The translations under genes and the position numbers were made by a program. The notes under the pieces are model-generated. The model was not told where the DNA came from, made no database searches, and worked only from the letters and a program-made list of their open reading frames with translations. This document shows positions 1-10,740 of a stretch of DNA of 64,000 bases, in pieces; position 1 is the first letter of the stretch; each line of letters opens with the position of its first letter. The stretch is taken from NCBI GenBank assembly GCA_934513205.1, contig CAKSWU010000010.1, positions 884 through 64,883 on the forward strand. The letters are read 5' to 3'. Source of the DNA: an uncultured Faecalibacterium sp. (GTDB lineage Bacteria > Bacillota > Clostridia > Oscillospirales > Ruminococcaceae).

Positions 1-2136
1 GATATCGTTGAAAACACCGGTGTAGGTGGCGGGGTTGGAGCGCGGGGTGCGGCCGATGGGCTGCTGGTCGATGCCGATGACCTTATCCACGAACTCCAGC
101 CCCTCTACCCCATCGCACTTGCCGGCGCGGGAGCGGGCACCGTTCAGCTCGCTGGCAAGCGTTTTGTACAGGATCTCGTTGATCAGGCTGGACTTGCCCG
201 AGCCGGAAATGCCGGTGACACAGATGAACTCCCCCAGCGGGAAGCTGACGTCGATGTTGCGCAGGTTATTTTCCCGCGCGCCCTTTACGGTCAGGCAGTG
301 GCCGTTGCCGGTGCGGCGGGTCTGGGGCACTGCAATGCGCTTGCGGCCGGAGAGATAGTCGCCGGTAATGCTCCGCTTGGCCTTGCAGATATCCTTTACG
401 CTGCCTGCCGCCACGATCTCACCGCCGTGCACACCGGCACCGGGACCTACGTCCACGATATAATCCGCGCTGCGCATGGTGTCCTCGTCATGCTCGACCA
501 CGATGACCGTGTTGCCCAGATCCCGCAGGTTTTTCAGAGTGGCGATGAGCTTATCGTTGTCCCGCTGATGCAGGCCGATGGAGGGCTCGTCCAGCACATA
601 GAGCACGCCGGACAGGGCGCTGCCGATCTGGGTGGTCAGGCGGATGCGCTGGCTTTCACCACCGGAAAGCGTGCCCGCCGCCCGGGCCAGCGTGAGATAA
701 TCCAGACCCACGCTCTGCAAAAATTGCAGGCGGTTCTTAATCTCCTTCATGATCTGGCCGCCGATCTGCTGCTGCTTTTCGGTGAGGTTCGGCTCGTTCT
801 GCCGGATAAATTCCAGCTCATCCCGGATGGACATTTCACAGAACTGGCTGATGTTCTTGTCCCCAATGGTTACGGCAAGCACCACCGGCTTCAGGCGCTG
901 CCCGTGGCAGTCCGGGCACTCCACGCCAGACATAAAGCTGCCGATCTCTTCCTTCATCCACTCGCTGTTGGTCTCGCGGAAGCGGCGTTCCAGATTCTCC
1001 ACGATGCCCTCGAAGGTATTATAATACACGCCGCTGCCGAACTCGTTGGTGCGGTGCATCTCGATTTTTTCGCCGTTGGTGCCGTAGAGCAGGGCGTTCA
1101 CCGCCTCGGTGCTCATCTCCTTAATGGGCGTATCCAGCGTAAAGCCGTATTTTTTACCAAGGCCAAGATAATACATCTCGCTCACAGAGCCCTCGGCGTA
1201 ATACCAGCCGCTGGCCTTGATGGCACCCTCCCGGATGGAAAGGCTGCGGTTGGGCAGGATGCGATCCTCGTCCACCCGCATAAAGGTGCCAAGGCCGGTG
1301 CATTTTTCGCAGGCACCCAGCGGGTTATTAAAGGAGAACAGCCGGGGCGACAGGTCGCTGATGGAGATGCCGTGCTCCGGGCAGGCAAAATTCTGGCTGA
1401 AGGTCATGCACTCGCCGCCGATGACGTCCACCTCGGCCACGCCACCGGTGAGCGCCAGCGCCGTTTCCAGCGAGTCGGCCAGACGGCTGCGGATGCCCTT
1501 GCGCAGGGCAAGACGGTCCACCACGATTTCCACCGTATGCTTGATGTTCTTTTCCAGACTGATCTCCTCGTCCAGATCATACAGGTTGCCGTCGATTTTT
1601 ACGCGGGCGTAACCGGCGCGGCGGGCAGCGTCCAGCTCCTTCTGCTGGGTACCCTTGCGCTGGCGCACCACCGGAGCCAAGATCTGGAACTTGGTGCCCT
1701 CCTCCAGCTTGAGGACGGCATCCACCATCTCGTCCACGGTCTGCTGACTGATGACTCGCCCGCACACCGGACAGTGCGGCACGCCGATGCGGGCGTACAG
1801 CAGGCGCAGATAATCGTAGATCTCAGTCACAGTGCCCACGGTGGAGCGGGGGTTGTGGCTGGTGGTTTTCTGGTCAATGGAGATGGCCGGCGAAAGGCCG
1901 GTGATCTCGTCCACATCCGGCTTATCCATCCGGCCCAGAAACATCCGGGCGTAGCTGGAAAGGCTTTCCACATAGCGGCGCTGACCGTCCGCGTAGATGG
2001 TATCGAAGGCCAGACTGGACTTGCCCGAGCCGGAAAGACCGGTCATAACGATCAGCTTTTCCCGCGGGAGGGTCAAGTTGATATTTTTCAGGTTGTGCTC
2101 GCGGGCACCTTTGATAATAATTTTATCGTTTGCCAA
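1..2136 (-). CDS. uvrA: Excinuclease ABC subunit A (UvrA), 5' 712 codons; the 3' end runs off the window
   Basis: Absent from the ORF track because no stop lies in the window. The minus-strand frame is open from 2136 to 1. It reads (M)[47 protein letters not shown] ... [16 protein letters not shown] ... [13 protein letters not shown] ... [18 protein letters not shown] (two Walker A motifs and an ABC signature). The TTG start at 2134-2136 is preceded by GGGAGAA and overlaps the uvrB stop. Confidence 0.95.
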   Translation of the reverse strand, partial: MANDKIIIKGAREHNLKNINLTLPREKLIVMTGLSGSGKSSLAFDTIYADGQRRYVESLSSYARMFLGRMDKPDVDEITGLSPAISIDQKTTSHNPRSTVGTVTEIYDYLRLLYARIGVPHCPVCGRVISQQTVDEMVDAVLKLEEGTKFQILAPVVRQRKGTQQKELDAARRAGYARVKIDGNLYDLDEEISLEKNIKHTVEIVVDRLALRKGIRSRLADSLETALALTGGVAEVDVIGGECMTFSQNFACPEHGISISDLSPRLFSFNNPLGACEKCTGLGTFMRVDEDRILPNRSLSIREGAIKASGWYYAEGSVSEMYYLGLGKKYGFTLDTPIKEMSTEAVNALLYGTNGEKIEMHRTNEFGSGVYYNTFEGIVENLERRFRETNSEWMKEEIGSFMSGVECPDCHGQRLKPVVLAVTIGDKNISQFCEMSIRDELEFIRQNEPNLTEKQQQIGGQIMKEIKNRLQFLQSVGLDYLTLARAAGTLSGGESQRIRLTTQIGSALSGVLYVLDEPSIGLHQRDNDKLIATLKNLRDLGNTVIVVEHDEDTMRSADYIVDVGPGAGVHGGEIVAAGSVKDICKAKRSITGDYLSGRKRIAVPQTRRTGNGHCLTVKGARENNLRNIDVSFPLGEFICVTGISGSGKSSLINEILYKTLASELNGARSRAGKCDGVEGLEFVDKVIGIDQQPIGRTPRSNPATYTGVFNDI

Positions 2137-4180
2137 GGTATTTTCTCCCTTTTCGTTGTGTCTGTGCATGGTTTTGCTTGCGCTCGGTCTCGGCAGCGGA
2201 ATCCACGGTGGGGTTCTCACCCCGGCGCAGGCGGTCGATCTGATCCCGCAGGAAGGCTGCGTGTTCAAATTCCAGCAGCTTCGCGGCCTCCTTCATCTCC
2301 CGGGTCAGGCGCTCAATGGCAGCTTCCCGCTCCAGCTTGCCCATGCGGCGGGTGTTGCGCTTGGCGTTTTCGGCCTTATCGCTGATCTCGATGCTGTCCG
2401 CAATGGCCTTGACGATGGTCTTTGGCACGATGCCGTGCTCTTCGTTATAAGCCATCTGGATGGCGCGGCGGCGCTCGGTCTCGGTGATGGCGCGCTCCAT
2501 GCTGTCGGTCACCACATCGGCGTACATGATGACCATGCCCTCCGCGTTGCGGGCGGCGCGGCCGATGGTCTGGATCAGGCTGGTCTCGCTGCGCAGAAAG
2601 CCCTCCTTGTCGGCATCCAGAATGGCCACAAGGCTCACCTCCGGCAGGTCCAGACCCTCGCGCAGCAGGTTGATGCCCACTACCACATCGATGCTGCCCA
2701 AACGCAGATCCTTGATGATCTCCATCCGCTCGAAGGTATCCACCTCGTGGTGCATATATTTGACCTTGATCCCCTGCTCGGTGAGGTAATCGGTGAGATC
2801 CTCGGCCATCTTTTTGGTCAGGGTGGTCACAAGTACCCGCTCCTGCCGCTGGATGCGGGCGTTGATCTCGCCCAGCAGGTCCACCACCTGCCCTTCCACC
2901 GGGCGCACCGAGATGACCGGGTCCAAAAGACCTGTGGGGCGAATGACCTGCTGCGCCACCTGTGAGCTGTGCTGGCGCTCGTACTCGCCGGGGGTGGCAG
3001 AGACAAAGATCATCTGGTTGAGCTTGGACTCCACCTCCTCAAATTTCAGGGGGCGGTTATCGAAAGCAGACGGCAGGCGGAAACCGTATTCTACCAGCGT
3101 TTTTTTGCGGGCGTAGTCGCCGCCGTACATGGCGCGCACCTGTGGCAGGGTGACATGGCTCTCATCCACGAAGAGCAGAAAATCCTCCGGGAAATAATCC
3201 AGCAGGGTGGTGGGCATACTGCCCGGCGCGCGGCCGGACAGCACTGCCGAGTAGTTTTCGATGCCCTTGCAGATGCCCACCTCGTTCAGCATCTCGATGT
3301 CGTAGTTGGTGCGCTGGGCAATGCGCTGCGCTTCGATCAGCTTGCCCTCGGCAGTGAACTGCTTCACCTGCGCGTCGCACTCGGCGCGGATCTTTTCCAG
3401 CGCAGCGGCCTTTTTTTCGGCGCTGACGATATAGTGACTTGCCGGGAAGATGGCAACATGCTTGACCACGTTCTGCTTGGATCCGGTCAGGGGGTTGAAC
3501 TCGGTAATGCGGTCGATCTCGTCCCCGAAAAACTCCACCCGGATGGCAAGCTCGCTCATATAGGCCAGATAGATATCCACGGTGTCCCCGTGCACTCGGA
3601 ACTTGTTGCGCACAAAATTCACGTCGTTGCGCTCGTATTGCAAGGTAACCAGCTTTTTGCACAGCTCGTCCCGCTCCATCTGCATCCCGGGGCGCAGACT
3701 GATGACCATGCTGCGGTAGTCGATGGGGTCGCCCAGAGAGTAAATGCAGGACACCGATGCCACGATGATGACGTCCCGCCGCTCGGAAAGCGCCGCCGTA
3801 GCCGAGTGGCGCAGGCGGTCGATCTCATCGTTGATGGCGCTGTCCTTTTCAATATAGGTATCGGTGCTGGGGATGTAGGCCTCCGGCTGGTAGTAGTCGT
3901 AGTAGCTGACGAAATATTCCACCGCGTTGTTGGGGAAAAACGAGCGGAACTCGGTACACAGCTGCGCCGCCAGCGTTTTGTTGTGCGCCAGCACCAGCGT
4001 GGGGCGGTTGCACTTTGCAATGACGTTGGCCATGGTAAAGGTTTTGCCGCTGCCGGTCACGCCCAGCAGGGTCTGGCAGCGGTCACCCCGCTGCACCCCA
4101 TCCACCAGCGTTTCAATGGCCTGCGGCTGGTCGCCGGTGGGCTGGTAAGAGGATACCAGTTCAAATTTTTCGTCTGCCAT
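2123..4180 (-). CDS. uvrB: Excinuclease ABC subunit B (UvrB)
   Basis: ORF 2123..4273. Sequence [26 protein letters not shown].., Walker A GVTGSGKT, helicase motifs, and a C-terminal UVR motif ([14 protein letters not shown]). ATG at 4180 was chosen because GAGGAGAGGGAAG lies directly upstream. Confidence 0.97.
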   Translation of the reverse strand: MADEKFELVSSYQPTGDQPQAIETLVDGVQRGDRCQTLLGVTGSGKTFTMANVIAKCNRPTLVLAHNKTLAAQLCTEFRSFFPNNAVEYFVSYYDYYQPEAYIPSTDTYIEKDSAINDEIDRLRHSATAALSERRDVIIVASVSCIYSLGDPIDYRSMVISLRPGMQMERDELCKKLVTLQYERNDVNFVRNKFRVHGDTVDIYLAYMSELAIRVEFFGDEIDRITEFNPLTGSKQNVVKHVAIFPASHYIVSAEKKAAALEKIRAECDAQVKQFTAEGKLIEAQRIAQRTNYDIEMLNEVGICKGIENYSAVLSGRAPGSMPTTLLDYFPEDFLLFVDESHVTLPQVRAMYGGDYARKKTLVEYGFRLPSAFDNRPLKFEEVESKLNQMIFVSATPGEYERQHSSQVAQQVIRPTGLLDPVISVRPVEGQVVDLLGEINARIQRQERVLVTTLTKKMAEDLTDYLTEQGIKVKYMHHEVDTFERMEIIKDLRLGSIDVVVGINLLREGLDLPEVSLVAILDADKEGFLRSETSLIQTIGRAARNAEGMVIMYADVVTDSMERAITETERRRAIQMAYNEEHGIVPKTIVKAIADSIEISDKAENAKRNTRRMGKLEREAAIERLTREMKEAAKLLEFEHAAFLRDQIDRLRRGENPTVDSAAETERKQNHAQTQRKGRKYLGKR

Positions 4181-4287
4181 CTTCCCTCTCCTCTCCGGCT
4201 TTGCGCTGCGCGAAAACCACAAACAGTTGTTATTTGTGTTGATTATAGCACATTGGTTTTCATAAGTAAACACTTTTTCGTGTAGAG

Positions 4288-5007
4288 TCAGGGACGGAAC
4301 AGTGCTCCGGTCTTAAAATCATAGATGGGCAGGCGTCCGGCGTCCCGCATGGAGAAATACTCCGTGTCGGTCAGGATAAAGTGATCCAGCAGATGGACCT
4401 TGACCATTCCCAATGCCCGGGCAATGTTGCAGGTAACCTCCATATCCTCGATCGAGGGCAATGCCACACCGTTGGGATGGTTATGGCAGAGTACTACTCC
4501 CTCGGTCCCGCTGCGGATGGCGGCTGCCACCACATCCTTGAGGTCCAGACTGACCCGGTCTGAAGTGCCTTCCCTCAGCCAGACCGCCGACCGCACCCGC
4601 ATACGGCTGTCCAGACAGACCAGCATGGCGCGCTCATAGTCCGACCATGCAAACTTTGCCATCAGGTAGCTGCCCATCTGTTCAGTGGTCTTGATGCAGC
4701 GGGTGGTGCTGGTGCGGCTGCGTCCATAGTAGCGGCAGACCTGCGGCAACAGGTGCAGCATCCGGGCCGTGGCAGGCCCCACCCCCTCTACCGTGCACAG
4801 TTCTTCCTCACTGGCCTCCAGCACGGCGGCAAAGTCGCCAAAGCGTTCAATCAAGTCATGGGCGATGCCGTTGGTGTCCTTCTGGGCGTTGGTCAGATAG
4901 AGGATGTACTCCAGCGCTTCGTGCTCTGCCAGACTGTCCAGTCCATAGCTCTGCACCCGCTCCCGCATTCGTTGACGGTGACCCTTGTGCCGTTTCTGTT
5001 CTGCCAT
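4288..5007 (-). CDS. radC: RadC-family (JAMM-like) protein
   Basis: 239 aa with the HNHPNG..S..D JAMM-type motif in the C-terminal half. AAAGGAG sits 8 nt upstream of the ATG. Confidence 0.9.
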   Translation of the reverse strand: MAEQKRHKGHRQRMRERVQSYGLDSLAEHEALEYILYLTNAQKDTNGIAHDLIERFGDFAAVLEASEEELCTVEGVGPATARMLHLLPQVCRYYGRSRTSTTRCIKTTEQMGSYLMAKFAWSDYERAMLVCLDSRMRVRSAVWLREGTSDRVSLDLKDVVAAAIRSGTEGVVLCHNHPNGVALPSIEDMEVTCNIARALGMVKVHLLDHFILTDTEYFSMRDAGRLPIYDFKTGALFRP

Positions 5008-5099
5008 TTCCGCTGCTCCTTTTCTGGTTCATTCCCTATAATAGTACCCATTTTGCCGCCGAAACTCAACCCTTCCGGGAAAATATATTTTCTTTCGCG

Positions 5100-5128
5100 T
5101 TGACTTGCAGGCAGGGCTGTATTACTAT
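5100..5128 (+). promoter_or_regulatory. Sigma-A type promoter for the pseudouridine synthase gene
   Basis: TTGACT (5100-5105), 17 nt spacer, TACTAT (5123-5128), about 30 nt upstream of the ATG at 5160. Confidence 0.5.
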
Positions 5129-5159
5129 AAAGGTACACTTTGAAAATTGAGGAACGTTT

Positions 5160-6167
5160 ATGAAACAATATACCGCAACCGCCAACGATGACGGCGTCCG
5201 TCTGTCACGCTTTGTGCAGAGCGTGACCCGGGACTTCCCCACCAGCCTGCTGTACAAAAGTTTCCGCAACAAGCGGGTGAAGGTGAACGGCAAAAAGGCC
5301 GCACCGGAGTACCGTTTGCAGGCGGGAGACCTGATCGAGTTGTACATCAACGATGAGTTTTTCCCGCCGGAGGGCGCAAAGCCGGTGCAGAAGGCTGCCC
5401 CCAAAAAGCAGCCCAATCAGCCCAAGGTGACTGTCGTCTACGAGGACGAAAACATTGCTGTTCTGTACAAGCCCACCCATCTGCTGTGCCACAGCGACCG
5501 CACCGGCGACGCAAACCTTGTGGATGCCTTTGCCCAGTATCTTGCGGAAAAAGGTGAATACGATCCCCACGGCGAGAACCGCTTCAAACCCGGCATTTGC
5601 AACCGGCTGGACCGCGGCACCGAGGGGCTGGTGATCGCCGCCAAGAACTACGCCGCCCTGCGGGACATGAACGAGATCATCCGCACCGACCTGCTCAAGA
5701 AGGAATACTACACCATCACGGTGGGCATTCCCCAGTCCGGGCGGTTCGCCGCATGGTGGGAGCACGACGAAAAGAACAACAAGGTCAGCATCCACGCTCA
5801 TCAATCGCAGGACGAGCGCCGCAAGCAGATCATCACAGACGTGGACGTGCTGCGCACCGCAGGCCCCTTTGCCCTGTGCAAGATCGGTCTTGTCACCGGA
5901 CGCACCCACCAGATCCGCGCGCATCTGGCTTATCTGGGCAAGCCGGTGCTGGGCGATATCAAGTACGGCAACCGCAAGATGAACGAGCGCACCGGCACCA
6001 AGACGCAGGCGCTGTGCGCCGTGCGTGTCAGCTTTCTGGATGTGCCGGAGGAAAACACCCTGCACTATCTTTCCGGCAAGGTCGTTAAGCTGAAGGACCC
6101 CCAGATCGTAAAGCAGTTCGATGCACTGGATAAAAGCAAGGCGGATGGAGAAAACGACCATGCATAA
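5160..6167 (+). CDS. RluA-family 23S rRNA pseudouridine synthase with N-terminal S4-like domain
   Basis: 335 aa. Catalytic motif NRLDRGTEGLV, a downstream HQIRAHL motif, and a GAGGAA RBS. Confidence 0.9.
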   Translation: MKQYTATANDDGVRLSRFVQSVTRDFPTSLLYKSFRNKRVKVNGKKAAPEYRLQAGDLIELYINDEFFPPEGAKPVQKAAPKKQPNQPKVTVVYEDENIAVLYKPTHLLCHSDRTGDANLVDAFAQYLAEKGEYDPHGENRFKPGICNRLDRGTEGLVIAAKNYAALRDMNEIIRTDLLKKEYYTITVGIPQSGRFAAWWEHDEKNNKVSIHAHQSQDERRKQIITDVDVLRTAGPFALCKIGLVTGRTHQIRAHLAYLGKPVLGDIKYGNRKMNERTGTKTQALCAVRVSFLDVPEENTLHYLSGKVVKLKDPQIVKQFDALDKSKADGENDHA

Positions 6168-6780
6168 AATCGACATGACCACGTGGCCGCGAGCAGAGCT
6201 GTTCCGGTTCTTTTCCGGAGTGTCACAGCCATTTTACAGCGTCACCTTCCGGGTGGACGTGACGAATCTCCATGCCTACACCAAAGCCCGCGGCATTTCC
6301 TTTTATTATGCCCTCGGCTATCTCGTGACCGATGCCGTGAACAGCGTGGTGAATTTCCGCTATACCATCCGGGACGGCGAGGTCTGGCTTCTGGATGAGC
6401 GCATCCCCAGCCTGACCGACCTGAAACCCGGCAGTGAGCAGTTCCATATCGTCACACTGCCCAAGACCGGCACGCTGGACGAGTTCTGCTGCGCCGCAAA
6501 AGTTAAGAGCACTGCACAGCAGAGCTTTCTGGATCAGGACTGCGAGACGGACGCGCTGATCTACATTTCCACCACGCCGTGGTTTGATCTGACCAGCTGC
6601 ACCAACGAGCGGGATTTTGACAAAGACGACGCCATCCCCCGCATCACATGGGGCAAGTATGTCCCGGAAAACGGCCGCGAAACGCTGGGCATGAGCCTTG
6701 AGGTGAGCCACCGGTTCATCGATGGGTATCACCTGGGGCAGTTTTATCAAAAGCTTCAAAAAAGCATTGATGAATTGTAA
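6160..6780 (+). CDS. Chloramphenicol acetyltransferase (CAT, type A)-family O-acetyltransferase; substrate unknown
   Basis: ORF 6121..6780. MHKIDMTTWPRAELFRFF.. aligns with CAT N-termini, and the catalytic-His region VSHRFIDGYHLG corresponds to HHAVCDGFH of CAT. ATG 6160 (GGAG about 10 nt upstream) overlaps the upstream stop as ATGCATAA. ATG 6145 is an alternative start. Confidence 0.8.
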   Translation: MHKIDMTTWPRAELFRFFSGVSQPFYSVTFRVDVTNLHAYTKARGISFYYALGYLVTDAVNSVVNFRYTIRDGEVWLLDERIPSLTDLKPGSEQFHIVTLPKTGTLDEFCCAAKVKSTAQQSFLDQDCETDALIYISTTPWFDLTSCTNERDFDKDDAIPRITWGKYVPENGRETLGMSLEVSHRFIDGYHLGQFYQKLQKSIDEL

Positions 6781-6820
6781 AAAACGGCTGCTGTACTTTA
6801 CCGTACAGCAGCCGTTTTTC
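6781..6820. terminator. Bidirectional rho-independent terminator
   Basis: AAAACGGCTGCTGTAC-tttacc-GTACAGCAGCCGTTTTT lies between convergent genes. Confidence 0.8.
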
Positions 6821-6830
6821 TCTTTATTCT

Positions 6831-7226
6831 TTACTTTTTGTCGGAGTCCTGCTCCGCCTTTTCCTGTTCTTTCCGCAGTTCCTTGATGCGCTTCTTTTCG
6901 CTCTGGACATGGGGCCACGGCCACGAAAAGCCTTCGTTCTGCTTACACCAGCGGGTAAGCGGATAGAATGCAAAGGCAAGCCCAAAGAGATACAGCAGCG
7001 CAAACAGCAGGGCGTCCAGCGTGACCAGTGCGTCCAGCGCGCCAATGACCGCCACCACGCAGCCTGCCTTCAGGAAGAACAGACCGTTCTGGCGGCAGTA
7101 TTCCTCAAAGTGCTCTGCCTTGACGGCACGGCGTCCCTGATCGCCCCAGACCCGGGGATTTTTCATCACGGAATAGCCATAGAACACCATCATCAGGCCA
7201 AGGGTGAGCTGAAAGCCAAAAAACAT
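6831..7226 (-). CDS. Small integral membrane protein of unknown function with a Lys/Glu-rich tail
   Basis: 131 aa with 3 predicted hydrophobic helices and the C-terminal tail KKRIKELRKEQEKAEQDSDKK. I recognise no family. Confidence 0.6.
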   Translation of the reverse strand: MFFGFQLTLGLMMVFYGYSVMKNPRVWGDQGRRAVKAEHFEEYCRQNGLFFLKAGCVVAVIGALDALVTLDALLFALLYLFGLAFAFYPLTRWCKQNEGFSWPWPHVQSEKKRIKELRKEQEKAEQDSDKK

Positions 7227-7251
7227 GGGTCACACCTCTTATCTCAAAAAA

Positions 7252-8538
7252 TCAGTCCTCGAACAGCGGCTTCATCATGGGCAGAAAATCCAGCGTTGCA
7301 AAATAATCCCGGGGCGTCTGGGCGCGGCGGATCAGCCGGTGAGAGCCGTCCTCGCACAGCAGCACCTCGGCGCAGTGCAGCTTGCCGTTGTAGTTGTAGC
7401 CCATCGCCGAACCGTGAGCACCGGTGTCGTGGATATAAAGGATATCCCCGATGTCGATCTTGGGCAGCATCCGGTCGATGGCAAACTTGTCATTGTTCTC
7501 GCACAGACCGCCCACCACGTCGTACTTGTGGTCGCAGGGCGCATTTTCCTTGCCCAGCACCGTGATGTGATGATAGGCACCGTACATGGCAGGACGCATC
7601 AGGTTGGCGGCGCAGGCATCCAGACCAATGTATTCCTTGTAGATGTGCTTTTCGTGGATCGCCGTTGCCACCAGCGCACCGTAGGGGCCGGTGGTGAAGC
7701 GGCCCATCTCGCTGAAGATGGCCACATCGCCCATACCGGCAGGCACAAGGATCTCCTCAAACTTTTTGCGCACGCCCTCGCCGATGGCCATGATGTCGTT
7801 TTCGGACTGTTCCGGGCGGTAGGGGATGCCCACGCCGCCGGACAGGTTGATGTAGCGGATGTGGGCACCGGTGGCCTTCTGCACTCGGACAGCCAGCTGG
7901 AACAGGATGCCTGCCAGCTCCGGGTAGTAGGCATCCGAGATGGTGTTGGAGGCCAGGAACGCATGGATGCCAAAGTTCTTTGCACCCTTTGCCATCAGCT
8001 TTTTGTAGCTTTCGATCATCTGCTCCTCGGTCATGCCGTACTTGGCATCACCGGGCTTGTCCATGACCTGAAAACCCTCTTTGCTCTCACCCAGCTGGAA
8101 GGTTCCGCCGGGGTTGTAGCGGCAGAAGATATTCTCCGGCACACCTGCCACACGCTCCAGAAACTCCACCATAGTGGCATCGTCCAGATTGATGTAGGCA
8201 CCCAGTTCATAGGCTTTCTGCATATCCTCCACCGGAGTCTGGTTGGAGGAAAACATGATCTCCTCACCGGTAAAACCGCAGACCTCACTGAGCATCAGCT
8301 CGGTCAGAGAAGAGCAGTCCACGCCACAGCCCTCCTCCTTGAGGATCTGCAGGATCACAGGGTTCGGCAGCGCCTTGACGGCAAAATACTCTTTGAAGCC
8401 CTTGTTCCAGCTGAACGCCTTGTTGATGCGGCGGACATTCTCGCGAATGCCCTTTTCATCGTAAACGTGAAACGGCGTGGGCACATCCTCAATGATCTGC
8501 TGCGCCATCGCCTCGGTCAGAAACGGTTTCTTTTCCAT
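7252..8538 (-). CDS. PLP-dependent group IV (alanine-racemase fold) decarboxylase, diaminopimelate decarboxylase-like
   Basis: ORF 7252..8604. MEKKPFLTEAMAQQIIEDVPTPFHVYDE.., FAVKALPN (PLP lysine region), NLSGGVGIPY, CENNDKF. ATG 8538 follows GAGAGGGA. Confidence 0.85.
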   Translation of the reverse strand: MEKKPFLTEAMAQQIIEDVPTPFHVYDEKGIRENVRRINKAFSWNKGFKEYFAVKALPNPVILQILKEEGCGVDCSSLTELMLSEVCGFTGEEIMFSSNQTPVEDMQKAYELGAYINLDDATMVEFLERVAGVPENIFCRYNPGGTFQLGESKEGFQVMDKPGDAKYGMTEEQMIESYKKLMAKGAKNFGIHAFLASNTISDAYYPELAGILFQLAVRVQKATGAHIRYINLSGGVGIPYRPEQSENDIMAIGEGVRKKFEEILVPAGMGDVAIFSEMGRFTTGPYGALVATAIHEKHIYKEYIGLDACAANLMRPAMYGAYHHITVLGKENAPCDHKYDVVGGLCENNDKFAIDRMLPKIDIGDILYIHDTGAHGSAMGYNYNGKLHCAEVLLCEDGSHRLIRRAQTPRDYFATLDFLPMMKPLFED

Positions 8539-8626
8539 AGTTACATCCCTCTCATTTTGTGCAGTCCGGGACCGCCCTTTCTGCATTCTATCACACGCGG
8601 TCAACGTTCCGCGATGATCTGTGTTT

Positions 8627-10522
8627 TTACAATTTCAGATTCTTGCGGGTGGGGGTAAAGGTAGGGATCATGGCTTCCAGCTGCTCCACCACGCCATCAT
8701 CGTTGTGCTCTGCCGCGGCTGCCAGCTCCTGCAGCTGTTGATAGAACACTGCAAGGTCGATGGTACGAGGCGACGCCACAAAGATCTTGTTGTGCTGGGT
8801 GCGGCGCATCTTGTCCTGTTCCTCGTCCATCATCAGCTCCTCGTAGAGCTTTTCGCCGGGGCGCAGTCCCACGATACGGATCTCCATATTCACGCCCGGC
8901 TCGTAGCCATAGAAGCGGATAAGCTGTTTTGCCAGATCCATGATCTTCACCGGTTCGCCCATATCCAGCACATAAATGCTGCCGCTCTCTGCCAGCGCGC
9001 CCGCCTGCAGAACCAGCTGGGCAGCCTCAGGGATGGTCATAAAATAGCGCTCAATGTTGGGGTCGGTCAGGGTGACCGGTCCGCCCTTTTTGATCTGCGC
9101 CTCAAACAGCGGGATCACGCTGCCATGACTGCCCAGCACGTTGCCAAAGCGCACCGCCACGCACTTCATGTCGGTGTTGCCTGCAAAGGTCTGGATGAGC
9201 ATCTCGCAGATGCGCTTGGTGCAGCCCATGACGCTGGTGGGGTTCACTGCCTTATCGGTGGACAGCTGTACGAATCGCTCCACACCGTGCTCACTGGCGC
9301 TGACCAGCAGGTTTTTGGTGCCAAGAACGTTGTTCTTGACCGCCTCCGCCGGGCTGACCTCCATCAGCGGCACATGCTTGTGCGCCGCGGCATGGAACAC
9401 CACCGTGGGGTGATAGGTCTCGAACACCTCGTCCAGCCGTTTTTTGTCCCGGATGGAGCCGATGAGCACTGTGACCGGGATATCTCTGCCGTATTTCTGC
9501 TGCAACTCCATCAGCAGCTCATAGGCACAGTTTTCGTAGATGTCAAAGATCAGCAGCTTGCCGGGGTGGAAACGCATCACCTGACGGCACAGTTCGCTGC
9601 CGATGGAGCCGCCGCCGCCCGTCACCAGCACGGTCTTTCCGGTGAGGTAGCCGGAGATCTGATCTGTGTCCAGCGTGACCTCGTCACGGGAGAGAAAGTC
9701 CGCAGTGTTCAGCTCGCGGAACGCGCCCTGCTGCGGCGCACCTGCACCCACGCTCTGCGGGTCGCTGAGCACCTGCACTGCGCAGTGGGTGCTGACACAC
9801 AGGTCGATGACATGGCTCAGGCGGCTGCCCTTCAGGGTGGGGATGGCAATGATGATGCTGTGGATGCCGTAGCGCTTGCACAGCTCCGGGATCTGCTCCA
9901 GCGTGCCCTTGACCGGCACGCCGTGGATGGTCTGGTTGAGCTTTGCGAGGTCGTCGTCCACCGCCACCACGGCGTGGCCGTATTCCTTGTTGGACTTGCA
10001 CACATTGATGGCCCATGCCCCGGCCTCGCCTGCGCCCACGATCATCACCGGGCGGTTGGGGTCCTTCACCGGGACACGGCGCAGCCGCTCGCCCAGCGGG
10101 TGGTTCAGGAACAGCCGCCATGCCAGACGGCTGCCGCCCACCAGCAGGAAGATCAGCACCGCCGCCATGCAGTTGGCAGAGTTGAACAGGACGCCGTGGA
10201 TGCACAGGCGGTTGATCAGATAGACCGCCGCCGTGGGCACACCCACTGCGCAGGCCAGACGGAACAGATCCCGCTCGCCAGCATACTTCCACAGCACCGA
10301 GTACAGCCCGCCCGCCAGAAAGCAGACGACATACAGCACCACGATCCACGGAAGATTTTCATACAGGATCGCACGATTGCGGGGCCACCATGCGGCCTCC
10401 ACTGCACCGTCAGCCCGCAGCAGCAGTGCAAAATAAAAGCTGAACGCAACAATGGCTGCATCCAGCAGCACAAGCACTGCGCGGCGTGCCAGCACTGGCA
10501 GTGTGTTCTTTTTGTCTTTCAC
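8627..10522 (-). CDS. Membrane-anchored polysaccharide biosynthesis NDP-sugar 4,6-dehydratase/epimerase (CapD/PglF/WbpM family)
   Basis: ORF 8627..10564. N-terminal TM helices, two Rossmann motifs (MIVGAGEAG and VLVTGGGGSIG), and a C-terminal SDR domain. GTG 10522 follows AAAGAGGG by 8 nt. Confidence 0.85.
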   Translation of the reverse strand: MKDKKNTLPVLARRAVLVLLDAAIVAFSFYFALLLRADGAVEAAWWPRNRAILYENLPWIVVLYVVCFLAGGLYSVLWKYAGERDLFRLACAVGVPTAAVYLINRLCIHGVLFNSANCMAAVLIFLLVGGSRLAWRLFLNHPLGERLRRVPVKDPNRPVMIVGAGEAGAWAINVCKSNKEYGHAVVAVDDDLAKLNQTIHGVPVKGTLEQIPELCKRYGIHSIIIAIPTLKGSRLSHVIDLCVSTHCAVQVLSDPQSVGAGAPQQGAFRELNTADFLSRDEVTLDTDQISGYLTGKTVLVTGGGGSIGSELCRQVMRFHPGKLLIFDIYENCAYELLMELQQKYGRDIPVTVLIGSIRDKKRLDEVFETYHPTVVFHAAAHKHVPLMEVSPAEAVKNNVLGTKNLLVSASEHGVERFVQLSTDKAVNPTSVMGCTKRICEMLIQTFAGNTDMKCVAVRFGNVLGSHGSVIPLFEAQIKKGGPVTLTDPNIERYFMTIPEAAQLVLQAGALAESGSIYVLDMGEPVKIMDLAKQLIRFYGYEPGVNMEIRIVGLRPGEKLYEELMMDEEQDKMRRTQHNKIFVASPRTIDLAVFYQQLQELAAAAEHNDDGVVEQLEAMIPTFTPTRKNLKL

Positions 10523-10687
10523 GAAAGAAGCCCTCTTTGATCCGGCACAGCACAAAAGCCGCACCTCTATTTTCAGCCGGGGAGCCCCGCCTGTGCAGAG
10601 CTGCCGCCGGGCGGACAGGCCTGCCCTACTAGTATACTCAGAATCCTGCGCTGTGTCCAGAAAAAACCGATATTTCTGCGATTTGCC

Positions 10688-10720
10688 AAAACAAAAAGGA
10701 GAAGCCCGAAGGCTTCTCCT
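10688..10720 (-). terminator. Rho-independent terminator of pta
   Basis: Minus strand reads GGAGAAGCC-ttcg-GGCTTCTCC followed by TTTTTGTTTT. Confidence 0.75.
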
Positions 10721-10740
10721 CTAATGCGCTAAAACGATGC

